64,000 nt of DNA, from NCBI GenBank assembly GCA_977030845.1, contig OZ365111.1, forward strand, positions 45,756,001 through 45,820,000, written 5' to 3'. Position 1 is the first letter of the stretch, and each line of letters starts with the position of its first letter. The position numbers were made by a program, and so were the translations under genes. The notes under the pieces are model-generated. The model was not told where the DNA came from. It worked only from the letters and a program-made list of their open reading frames with translations, and did not search any database. Positions 52,101 to 63,403 of this stretch are shown here, piece after piece. The DNA is from Fimbriosthenelais zetlandica (Eukaryota).

Positions 52101-53094
52101 GATCGATCCTCCATTATCGAGACACTTATATGTAATAATTTGGTACCAGGTACCGTCCCATCCCTTATGGGAGATGAAGCAATTTTTGTTCTTGTTTTTT
52201 TGGTTCCTTTATGTCGCCTGGGGAATGATTCTTCCCTGGTCCTTCATAAAAATGATGGAGCACTTAATAAGGACGGCTGGTGTGGCGTGAAATGATCGCC
52301 ATTAGGATGTATTTAATGACAGGATGCCTCACTTGGGGTCGCATGTCCTGCAGCGGTCAGGTGGCCTGAGGCTGCCTGGCCCTCTCTATCATTGTATCCA
52401 TCTCCTCCTACTCCTCCACCAACTCTCTAACATGTCTACTGATGGATGGACTCTGGTCAACACAGGGACCAGTCATTGCAGCCAAATGATGCACACACAG
52501 CCTGGGGGAGGCTTTATTTATACAAATGATACACAGTCTCGCCTCAGGTGGCTGATTCGGCGCCTTATAGATGGGAGGTGGGAGGGAGGGTGGTGGGCAG
52601 AGCCAGAGGAAGGAGACATGAAATGATATGTTGCGGCTCCGCCTCTGGATCTCCCAGTCCTCAGCTTTTCGGGGCCAGAGGTGGAAGGTCAGGTTAAAGG
52701 TTAAGGTCAGAAGTGACACTTTGTTGTGTCATTTCCAAAAGGCCTGTATGTCCGCCAGCCAAGTGATTTGGACTCAGGGCGTTGCTCCATTTACAAGTTA
52801 AGTTGTTTCAGAAATTGAAATGAAACAGGGTAAAAGAAAAAAGGACATATTTTTGCTTTCTATGAAGTTTGAAAATTCAACTCAAAACCTTCATCAGAGT
52901 TGGAACAGTTATCCCAATAGCCTAGCAAGAATAGGTCGAGTTTAATCTTGGGAATGTTTTTTCAAAAACAATTTGGTCAATATTGTATCCATTATATTCT
53001 TACAATTCTGGCAGTATTCATCCCCAGGTTGATCCTTTGTGGCCAACTTTCCATTATAAGTTACTTGGATCCTGTATTGCCACAGGTGAGAGAA

Positions 53095-53108
53095 CCTTTG
53101 ATCAAAGG
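53095..53108. promoter_or_regulatory. Perfect 14-bp palindrome CCTTTGATCAAAGG (overlapping TCF/LEF sites)
   Basis: Each strand reads CCTTTGATC, the optimal TCF/LEF site. Confidence 0.5.
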
Positions 53109-56100
53109 AAGAAGGGTCAAGGATCAAGGCCCTGTAGGTTCAACATGTTGGTGGTATGGAAATCCCTGACTCCCGTTCACCTTGCAAATACCTTCACTCA
53201 TTGAAACAAAGCCTCTACAATGCTCTATATCCCCCAGCATGTCAGGCCTACGTAATTAAGCATTAACCTGTATGGCTATATAATATACTGTGTTAATTAA
53301 AATGCAGTTGATGAAAAACAAATAGATACATATGGCTTGATGTGGAATGGTATATGACATGTTACATTAAGTATCAATGGATATATTGCATGCGATTCAA
53401 CCATAAATTCATGTTTCGTCTATGGAACGATATTATATCATTGGTTCTATAGATCCAGTATATTTTTTGTTCTGGGACAATTCATTGCCATGCTAATTCA
53501 CTGCATCATAAAGTATGGGAGATCGTTTGTCTCCAGTGCCTCGGAGGAATAGATATAGGAGGTCAGACGGTTTTTCTTGCCACTCTCCCCGGCTAAAAAA
53601 GGCCAGTGAATAATGAGAAAGTACACATCTGTTGCTCTCGCCCATTATGTGTAATTATATCACAGTAGGTGTAAATTTTGCATTAGTTTTTTCTCTCTCT
53701 ATGATTTAATGATTATGAATGCGCTCGTTACATAGGAGGGGATGAGGACAGGGGGCAGGGTCAGACAAAGATAGATGGTTGTTATGGCAACGAGGTCCTG
53801 TGCTGCCTACCTCCTCAGGAAGAACACGTCACAGTCCCATTTCCTGCCACCAAAAAATATCCTTTCAAGATGAGGAAGGAAAGGTGAATTGTTGGAGCAA
53901 ATAGAAATAATGATTTAAATTTGCTTTTCAATTAAAAAAGCTCTGTGGTTAAAACTGTTCCTTTAAACGTGTCGATTAAAATCAGAGCGAGGTGGAAACA
54001 GATTGATTGGTTTCTGAATAATTGGCCCATACATAGAAATTCCAGAGGACATAAGATTATATTGTTAATTACCGAAAAAAATTACATTCATTAGCATCCT
54101 ACCAACATACCCATTCCTGTTTAACCAAAATAACTTCAGTTGGACATGCAAATATTCCATTGGTGATTGGGTGTACCATATTCTGAGCTTCATTTCACAC
54201 ATCACACTTCCAGCTAAATTGTCAGAGGCAATCATGTAACATGTGTGCCATAAAACATAATTATATACCTCCATTCTCATCTGTAATATTCAATGTGACC
54301 TCCCTGACCCCAGGGCTTTGACCTTCAGAGGCCAAGTTGCAAATAAGGACCTGCAGTCCCATAGGTGCCAGCTCTGGTGACATGCTTAATTGCATCATGT
54401 TAGCTAGAACATGGCTAATGCATCTTTATTGTCTGGTCCCAACGTGACAACACAGAATTATCCCATGCTATGGAAAGGGTCATGGCTGGGGGTGGGTCAT
54501 GAAAATTATGGTGATGATTTTATGTTTATTATTGACGCACCACACAGACAATCCCAATTGTTCTAAACCGCAAGATTCCTCTGATATTTCGCAGTAAATA
54601 TCACATATCAACTATGATTTATGAGTTAATAGTAGGTTAGTTTTTTCATAGTATGTAATTGAGATGATGTTCCGCCTACGTTTTTTCTCATAAGGCATAA
54701 TGATAATAACATAACATGTTTTTGCACATATTTTTTTATGACAAAATGTAACTCATTTGGATTGGAATTAAGATGGTCTTTTGCAAGGAGAGAAAACCTT
54801 GAAAGCCTAAGGCTATTTTCACACATTCCCATAGGCTGGACTTTCTGATTGATTTTCTATTGGAATAATTTATAGGCATTGATGCATAAATTGAAAAGAT
54901 TAAATAAATGTCTTGCAGGCATTTCTCGCCCACACTCTACTATGGCTCTTAGCTAGAAAAGCCTGTGGGGTATAGAGCTGCATGTGTCTTTGGTGAGGCC
55001 ATCTCAATGCTCAATATCTCACTCCCATGGACTGACATAATAGCATGGCCTCTGGTCATATACCATGTCCGTCACACAGTGTTTGAACCAGTCATTAATT
55101 GGTCAGGACTTAGCTGCGGGACAGTGACATGGATTCCCCCATGTAGCGCCTCCATGACACGTGTTAATGACTTCTTTACTATATGGGACACACTAGCTGT
55201 CTAAACGACGAGACAACAGTTTGGGATAACACTCAACCATACACAAGCATTGTGTCCTGCTATGGACAAGCAAAACATATTGTCGCTGGAATTCATGTGA
55301 TTTTTTGATAATTGGAGATACCAAACCTTGTTGGACTATTAACTTTGTGTGCCTGATCAATTGGCTGTGAAGGATTTAGAAAAAAATTAAGGCAACATGG
55401 AGTTTTGTAAACCTGTTGGTCATGTGTCTAGACTCTACAGAGGGGATAATACGCTTATGCCACAAACACCAAGTTTTGCTGATCTCCTTAGAAAAATGGT
55501 GGGTACTAATACAAACTAAATTTATAGATATATGATGGATGCAATGTTAGATCGAGTGTCTATCCCAATCTTGCCAAATATGACACATGGAATCTTTGGA
55601 ATTCACAGTTCCAAAGAGAGATGTACCTAGATGAGGTATTTGAAGTATAGGTAAAGCCACTAATGCGCCATTCTATTTACCCAGCCATGTATATTCTTTG
55701 TTGTGAGGCGCTCCTCTGGTTCAGGTTAGCCTCGTGTATTAGCTAAAAGTTTAAAAAGTATGATCAAACATCACCTAAGTGGATAATTCCATGTTTACCG
55801 GCCTCTCTATTAACACCAGCTCACCGCGGTCCGTGCCAACATACCTTGTTTGGCATTGCACCTCGCCAAACAACAAATCTCCAGCCTTGCTATTACAAAG
55901 GCCCTGGATGGAGCTTTAACATATTTTAATTTACTCCACTTTGCACCGAGTGTGCGTGTCCTATGATCCAGGCCAAGTTGATACTTAGATCTTTTACACC
56001 TTGCTTTATTTGAATAGTTTTGCACCATTGTTGGCTTTGTACTATTGTTATGGACGTCATATTAATATGTTTGGTATGGTATATTAGGTGTTCATAATAA

Positions 56101-59100
56101 TTTTTTTAGTTCATTTGGAAGGTAGAATGATTTTCAGACAATATTTTTATTCCCAGGTGCCTTGCTCCTCTTTCTTACTCACTATTATAAGAGCTTAATA
56201 CAGTTTTTTTCATGTTTTTATTGCATGTTTTTATTATGCAAATGTAATAAGTAGCCTTGGTGGATATATTATTATGAAATGCTTCGCCTATTTTCTGCAT
56301 TTCTCTAACATTTACTGAGTTTTGAATAACTGATATCACAGTTATGAGATGTAGAGTTTTGTTCATTGCATTCCGACCACAGCAGGCCACGGTAAATATG
56401 TTGCACCCTGCCCATGAATTACTCACCGCGCACCGCTTTCAGTAATGGAACTTTCATCCCATTCCTAGAAGTGTTCATTGACACTAATAGTGCGCTAGAC
56501 TGATTTATATTCCTTGTGATTCCATCAATATTTCATCCTGTTGGTTCAAATTGATTTAGTCTCGCGGGTCACTGAGCTTTGCCATCTGCTGAAGTGGAGA
56601 TAGGAATTGGAACAAGCCTGCATTGCTCTAAATGGTCCCATAATGCTACCAATATAGCACTAATGGCTCGACTCGGTGCCATTCCATTTGTGCCAGTTAC
56701 TACCTGTATAAGCCCGGCCGGGTGTAATGATAAAGAATGGCCCGGCAAAGAGGGTGTAGAGGAACACCTCTTTAAAGTGGTGTATTGGCCGGTGGGATCC
56801 ACTGTGAGATGGTCCCGTCACTTTAGACATTGGACACCAGCCAAGTCACTCTCCAAAGGTGCCCTTTGTGTAAATACATGGAAACCGCAGCAAACAGCTG
56901 GTGTCTCGTATGAAAGCCAATATTTGTACCTTGTTTTCAAACAGGGGCTTGTTTCATAACACATAAGCCAATGATTTTATAGATCTGCAATTTTTCTTCT
57001 GAAACAAGAGCTCAGGGCTTCATGAAATCTGAAACGGAGCCCATGATTAGTTCAGTGTCATTGTTACATGGCTTCACAAGAACTGATGCCGTCGTTACTA
57101 TTCAAGCCTTATTCAAGCATATTAACCCAATTCCCTTGAATCAGTACTGATATAGGCTTATTATATGTATTGTGGGACACTTCCTTGTGGTCAATGGTCT
57201 TATATTTGCGTCTGCCATCGCCTTGACCAGCCATATCCAATGCTCTGAGGTATAGTTCCTTCAATGGAATGATGCCTAAACTTTGACACGGACTTCAAGC
57301 CTTGATTGCTTGATGTGCATTATACTGCTAAACCCTTTCCTTTCTCTTCACGTGTCCCTCTCACGGACCACCATCAAATGTGAACTGGAGAGAGACCATT
57401 ACCTAACCCACACATGCGATACTTCCATCACATCTTCTCAGCTGAGTGAAAAGAAGAATCCTACCTCCAACCAGTGTTGGTTTTTATCGGTATGGCATCG
57501 CATGACGATTGTGGCAGGATCACGATCCCCAGCTTTCTCCACCCCACCCCAGCCCCACCCCCCTCCTCCTCCTCCAGCACTTCACTCCACTTCTCAAGGC
57601 CTCCACCCATTGTCATGACAGGAAAATAGCTGGAATTACTTGCTGCGCTACTCGCCCACATTAATATGCCATCAGAGGCCAAATGGTGAAGTAATGAATG
57701 TATTCACTCAATGGACCTACAGGGGACTCATAACACATAATATACAGGCGACCTTGCCCAATCGCGACCACATTAGTCGATTTAGACAATTTGGACATGC
57801 ATTTATGGATATGGGAGCACAATGTTCTGGGCCCAAACTCACCGCCCCTAGTACATACTTATTCCTCCTCTATTTCCCGAAGACAATCTCATTTCCGACG
57901 ACTCCAGGCACATCCAGACAGTCCATTTTCAACCGAGACTTTCATTCAATTTTCCAGACTCATCAATGAGACAACTGCCCTCTTTTTACAATAGTAATTC
58001 TAGAAATATGATCTTGTATTCAATGAGTTCCCTTCACCTGAAATGCTATTTGGATTTCCTTTGTAGAATATTTCTTTTACACTGTTATTAGTGTCAACCC
58101 AGATGTCTTGTGCTGTCTGCTTTTTTGCCACAGATTAATATGAGATAGTGGCAATATATTGCTGTCTTAAATTAGAAAATGAGTTATTGCCTCGAGCTGA
58201 AGTGCAAATTCTTTAGATTAAATGAAGCCTTTCCATTCATCCCATCCCGGTAACCCTCCCTCTAGCATTCCAGTTGTCATTTCAAGCAATGTGGGTCAAT
58301 TTTATCGAGTGGAAGGAAGCAATGACTTCAATACCAATCAATCATAGCACCTCATTTGATTATGCTATTCATTGGTGTTATTTGGTCCATGCAGATTTGG
58401 CCCTTAGTCATTTTCCATCCACTTTGCTCCGATTGAACAATCGATGTCTTGCCAGAGATTACCAGCCCAAAAAATGCTGCAGGGATTTATAGTGATTACT
58501 GGTTGACATTTACGACTTGAAAGTAGAGGGAGTTTTAGTGTCATGTGAAAGTGTTGCTACTGGTATGTCATTCAGATCCTGTCCCTAACATAGTGTTAGA
58601 GTGATGACTTGATAATGAGGTGGTACACCTCTTAACAAGCCAACTTTTTTAAAAACCTCTCCACGGACTGCATTTATCATTGCCACTTTTATGGGCCTAT
58701 CAGTGTCTCCCCAAGGCAGGAATCATGATGGAAATTATCCACCTGGCCTTTAATTCACTTACCACTTCAGTGTTTTGAAATATGTTTGTTATTTGCTTTT
58801 GTTATTAATTGATACTTAACTTTGGTAAATGATCCCTTTGGGTTAATTTATCTGTAATTGACTTGAAAAGGCGTTCATGGAATCCTCTTTTTAAAGTGGT
58901 ACAATATACTGTTTAAAGTTGTGAATTTGTCCGATGGTGAATGTCCATTGCCCCTAGGATGGCCCTAGCACATGACAAAGGGGACAACAAAAGACTGGCA
59001 TGGAAACTGAATGGCCTTCGGGACAAGACTCTATCAGAATACATACATGGAGAGAGGAGGCTTTTTAAGGGCCATTTTCGGAGTCAGGCCCAGGAACAAG

Positions 59101-59251
59101 CTCATTAAATGCTTCAAAGAGCTGTGATTGGCTATCCTCTGCACTCTGACCTCGGCAGGAAGTTGGATCCTTTCAAGTCGCCATGCGCGTTGCTGAGGTG
59201 TGAAGACGTCAGCGAGATGGATTAGAGAATGTGTATAAAGCCCGTCAACTT

Positions 59252-59339
59252 TGACCTGGTCACTGACCTCAAAGGTGACCTTGGCCTTGGGCAAGTGCCA
59301 GGTAGTGGTTGAGTCTAGCCTCAGCTCGGAGCAAGGTCA
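59252..59339. promoter_or_regulatory. Nuclear-receptor site cluster (NR5A/ERR-type monomer sites plus half-sites)
   Basis: TGACCTGGTCA 59252-59262, TGACCT 59264-59269, TGACCTTGG 59276-59284, TGGCCTTGG 59282-59290, CAAGGTCA 59332-59339. Confidence 0.5.
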
Positions 59340-60721
59340 ATGAGATGAACTTGGCACTGTTTTGGAGCAGACCAAGTTAATGTATATCCAACTAAGGCTT
59401 TTATGATAAATAATGATCATATATATTGGCACCAAATGAAAGGATAGGGTGAGAAAAAATAATACATTGCGCTGGCCTGCCAAGACCTTCCATCCCCGAG
59501 TGACACGTCCTTGGCAACTTTATCAATTCCACTATACAAGATGAATGAATACACCTGACGGATTTGATATTAATGTTCACGCTCTTCATTAACCAAGTCT
59601 TTGTTTGCATTGAAAGACCATTCAACATGCACTAATTGATGCATTTCATCCTCTTCACATTACCAATACAAAACATGCCAAATGAGCTCCATAGGCTCTT
59701 AAGTTTGTAATTCTCCCATCGCATGACTCTATTATAGGAAGTGTTTTAGCTGGAGGGAATATCTAGGATCTGTTTTATTGTATCATATTGCATAGCAATC
59801 TCTTCCCATGCTCCGGTGGAATGGGATTATGTGAGCGTGCGCCGGTATGGCCTAACATGCAAGAGAAATATCAAAATGGTCCATTTACATCGTGCCACCG
59901 TGATCCAGGAAGGGCTTGTATTTGACTCTTTGGTGTTCTTTATTTCAGGAGTAGAACTAATGCCTATCGATTTCTGAACAAATTAGTGGCAGAAAATTGT
60001 CACAAATGTACAGTTGGCGGTGGCACGCAATGGGATGTGCATGTCTGAAGGCAGGACGGCTTGCCACTCACGAGACAAGCCAATGATCACCCCCACCGAG
60101 CCTGATGAAATGAAAGCTTTGCTGGGTAAAATGGGAGGAATGGGAAATTGGTTTAATGCAATGTAATGCTAGTCATATGAGCAAATGGTAATGATTGCGT
60201 AGGGAGGGTTGGTCGAGGGCAATGTAATGCGACAAAAAGTGGCCAGAAGAGGGAGAGAGGCTGGAGGCATGGGTATCATGACAAGGGCTATGGCGTGCTG
60301 CCTGTTGAAGTGCATTGTAACATTAAAGTGTCTTTATTGTTGGCAGGGGGGCTGAGGGTGGTGGGAGGGTCTGATCCCGTGAGTTAGTGCATACTCTGTG
60401 GAGCTTTACAATCGCTCCCATTAAACAGCTTTAATTTTTGAGCCGCTCCTGGCGCCGATGGAATTGATGAACAAATGTATAGCACTCATATCATGCACAA
60501 CGGTGTGGCTTTGCACTATAATGTAACCACATTGCATTAATGATACAAAACAAGATTTCCACCATTACACTGTTTCTACCTCTTTGTTGCAGCGATAATG
60601 GAGTACCAGGCTTATCTGGCCCGATCATGCACGATCGAGATCTCTATCCATCCCCTCTCTGTATAAAAATGGAAAACGGTATTGGATTACATGCTAATGG
60701 TCTTTATTTTTCTCCTTTCAG

Positions 60722-60770
60722 GCATCCGATATAGGATCTGAATCAGTATTCACATCTAACCATATAAAAA
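60722..60770 (+). CDS. AUTS2: Short internal coding exon of an AUTS2/FBRSL1/tay-family gene (equivalent to vertebrate AUTS2 exon 6), ASDIGSESVFTSNHIK plus 1 nt
   Basis: Branch-point-like CTAAT at 60694-60698, strong acceptor tctttatttttctcctttcag| and strong donor aaa|gtgagt. The exon is 49 nt, phase 0 in and phase 1 out, and splices in frame to the exon at 63404 (a+gt = Ser). ASDIGSESVF resembles human AUTS2 exon 6 as I recall it (ASDASSEKLF..., 52 nt, also phase 0/1). Gene identity is from memory, not a search. Confidence 0.78.
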
Positions 60771-60884
60771 GTGAGTATGCATTAAGCTTTTCATCACACA
60801 CTCTCATGGTTTGAAACATTTACTTGGAACTTGTTGGTCGATAACAAAGTTCAAATCTTGTCCTCCAATAAAAGGATTTTTTCT

Positions 60885-60924
60885 CTAAAGTAGAACTTCA
60901 AATACTAAAGTAGAACTTCCAATT
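60885..60924 (+). repeat. 20-bp tandem duplication
   Basis: ctaaagtagaacttcaaata / ctaaagtagaacttccaatt. Confidence 0.85.
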
Positions 60925-61385
60925 ATCGGTTGCAAATGGGACTAAAAGTGTTTGTGAAATATAATATATCTTTTTATGAAAAGCTTTCAGGGGGGATATA
61001 ATATATATAGAAGAAAAATGTGTAAATTATGGTCTCTAATTATTGGTTAGATACATCACATTGGGAGATAATTGTATCTTTGGAGATAATCGTCTGACAA
61101 TGGTATAGAAAAACGCATGGCTGCCTCTCATAAATTCACTCCAAGATACGGCCCTATTTTTAGTGATAACACATTTTGTGATCTCTCTACCGACTATTCA
61201 TTAATTCAATCTTAGGTTATAAGGAAGACATTAATCATTGATCCATTATTTGTTACAAAAGCCATGCGTTTCCTGCATTAATTTGATACTAAACGATAAT
61301 ATATCTACTTCAATGGATCTGTCCTCTATTATCGCCCGGGGCAATCTTCTTTTAATTATTGCTATCCGTGTATAATCTATATAAT

Positions 61386-61480
61386 ATAATAATAATAATA
61401 ATCAGCTTTATTCCAGACTCATCCAAGGGTATACATACGAAAATACATACATAATAAGGAGGTCCATATCTTATACAATT
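61386..61480 (-). mobile_element. Possible 5'-truncated 3' tail of a non-LTR retroelement
   Basis: Minus strand reads ...gtatacccttggatgagtctggAATAAAgctgattattattattattat: a poly(A) signal followed by an (ATT)n tail, typical of LINE/SINE 3' ends. No ORF remnant; the left boundary is approximate. Confidence 0.35.
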
Positions 61481-63403
61481 TTGTAATTATATCACAAATC
61501 GTGATTTTAGTAGCTATTTAAGTCTCATTATCTCTGCCTATTGGTGTCGATATATTAGTACAGATCGTGGCCACGACATGTGCCCTCAGGGCACCATTTG
61601 ACGCCACAAATCGATTTGAGCTATGGACTGTCCGGCGGCGGGGTGTTGATGTAGGTCAACATGTCGCCGGTATTATGAGAGATCTATGTATTGAATGGGG
61701 CAGAAATATCATCAAATTAATTTAATCAGAGCTAAAAATATAATTATAACGATCGAGTTATTCATATATAACTCAAAGAAATTTTTTATGGTTAGAATAC
61801 GAAAGTTTCCTTTGTTAAAATTAGTCCGTCAGAAAAGTGATAGGCCTAATTTGAAAAAGGAATTTAGTTGAATGGTCAGAGGTGTTCTAAATGAGTGTGT
61901 TAAACCTAATCTAAGATTGAATTGCCCAGATAGATCGATAAGCTCTGTAAATGCTCTGACCCAGATTATATAAGCCTACTAAATGTATTGATAAATACGA
62001 GCAAAGGGATAAGAATGCTCCTGGCCTCGTATTCTGATATCATTGGGGCTGTTCAATTAAGTGTGTCCTCTCCTCTATTTATGCTTACGCCCACTATTTA
62101 ACGCCAATATCTACCTTATTATTCATTACATAACCATCCAATATATAACAGCTTGCTGATAGGATCAATTGTCATGTGCCCAATTAGAGACCAATTGATC
62201 ATCTATGCAATTTAGGTTTACGAGTCATTTGTCAATGACTGTTCAGTTCAATGGTCCACTATAGGGTGGGCCTTTCTTCACCTTGATGCTTCAGTCGTTT
62301 TGACATTGAAAAGTGGCTTCAGACTATTGACAACTTGCATAGAATTAATCAAGTACATTCATAAAATATCATTCATTGGATCTCTTTTGAATTAAATAGA
62401 TTGAATCTATATGGCCATTTGTGCATTACCTTTGAATCAAGCCTTTGTATGACTAATGTCTGACTATAAATTTAATGATCGAGACGGCATCGCCATGCTT
62501 GTTAATAGAACAAATTTAATGATGCATAAAAAGTTGATTTGCAACCATGGATGAAACATAACATTGCTTTTGCAATGTGCTTCAATTGTGGAGCCCCCAT
62601 GTGCACATAATATTTATGTCGCTGTCCCGCCCAGTTTATGCAAGTATAGGTGGTCATATCTTTAATAGAATGGCGGTGTTGTCAGTGTTTCCAGTTACAA
62701 TGAAAAGTGCACCCCTATCTGAACTAATACACCACAGGTACATCTCTCATAATTGTTATGCTGGTCCTCTTATCCACTGCTCCCCCTGATTGTACCTAAC
62801 ATAGATCATAAATGCTTTACTACCTGCACAGAAATTCGATTAAATCTCTTTTGAAAAGTCTGCAATTATGATTCAAGGTAATGAAATATGGATAAAATTT
62901 ATAGAGAATCGGCGTAATAATGTATGTCCTTGCAACATCTGGATTCATAGATTTATGAATGAAAGGAATGACATTTCAGTCTCGTGGAATACAGGTAGCT
63001 GGAGGAATACATGTATTATGGGAGAAACAAGCGATATTCTCTATGGGTTTTAATAATAATACACCAGTATGGAGGTTGCCATTTATACCCATTATTAACC
63101 GAGAAGACCAGTTATTCCTAGAACAAATTTGAGGACCCCATAATGCTGTTCCAAGTGCTGTTTTTATATATATACAATGTATCTGTTATCTGCGTTATGT
63201 CTGCCAGATGGTAAGGGTTGCTGAATTATGTCTCAAAACCAGGTATATTACAGAATGGAATTGGGTTATTAAACGCGATTATTCATGCAATGGGAAGTAT
63301 TCTATATATTACGATTGACTTGGTACATTCTTTATTAAGCCTATCTTTATTATATCCTCATATAGCAATGTTTAACTCTGTTTTACCTTCCTTTTAATTA
63401 CAG

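Larger units (their letters stand above)
1..60721 (+). other. Very large phase-0 intron (>60.7 kb, 5' end outside the window) upstream of the ASDIGSE exon
   Basis: A manual scan found no upstream AUTS2-type microexons (no AG|TGY-GAY 'CDS..' exon, no 'GY[FIL]|GT' exon) and no credible long ORF. Vertebrate AUTS2 has a giant intron at this position (established). Alternative exons or a nested gene could interrupt it. Confidence 0.6.
60771..63403 (+). other. Phase-1 GT-AG intron (2633 nt) between the two coding exons
   Basis: Begins gtgagt and ends ttacag; joining the flanks keeps the reading frame; AT-rich and without coding signal. Confidence 0.8.

Noticed and set aside
54512-54590. C-box GTGATGA and D-box CTGA about 70 nt apart (possible C/D snoRNA)
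   Set aside because: No terminal stem and no recognisable antisense guide.
60102-60116. CTGATGA...GAAA hammerhead-ribozyme-like core
   Set aside because: Only 3-4 nt separate the motifs, so stem II cannot form.
61591-61601. GCACCATTTGA, resembling the miR-29 family
   Set aside because: Partial match, 3' half diverges, no pre-miRNA-like stem.
61621-61683. Minus-strand terminal-exon-like segment ISHNTGDMLTYINTPPPDSP-stop with AATAAA ~210 nt downstream
   Set aside because: Its parent gene would have to overlap the AUTS2-like exon antisense; no upstream minus-strand exons were found, and the AATAAA is better explained by a retroelement tail.
730-63053. The many 60-153 aa ORFs in the supplied six-frame track
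   Set aside because: Short, often starting at non-ATG codons, overlapping on both strands, with no recognisable domains; this is what random ~40% GC intronic DNA produces.
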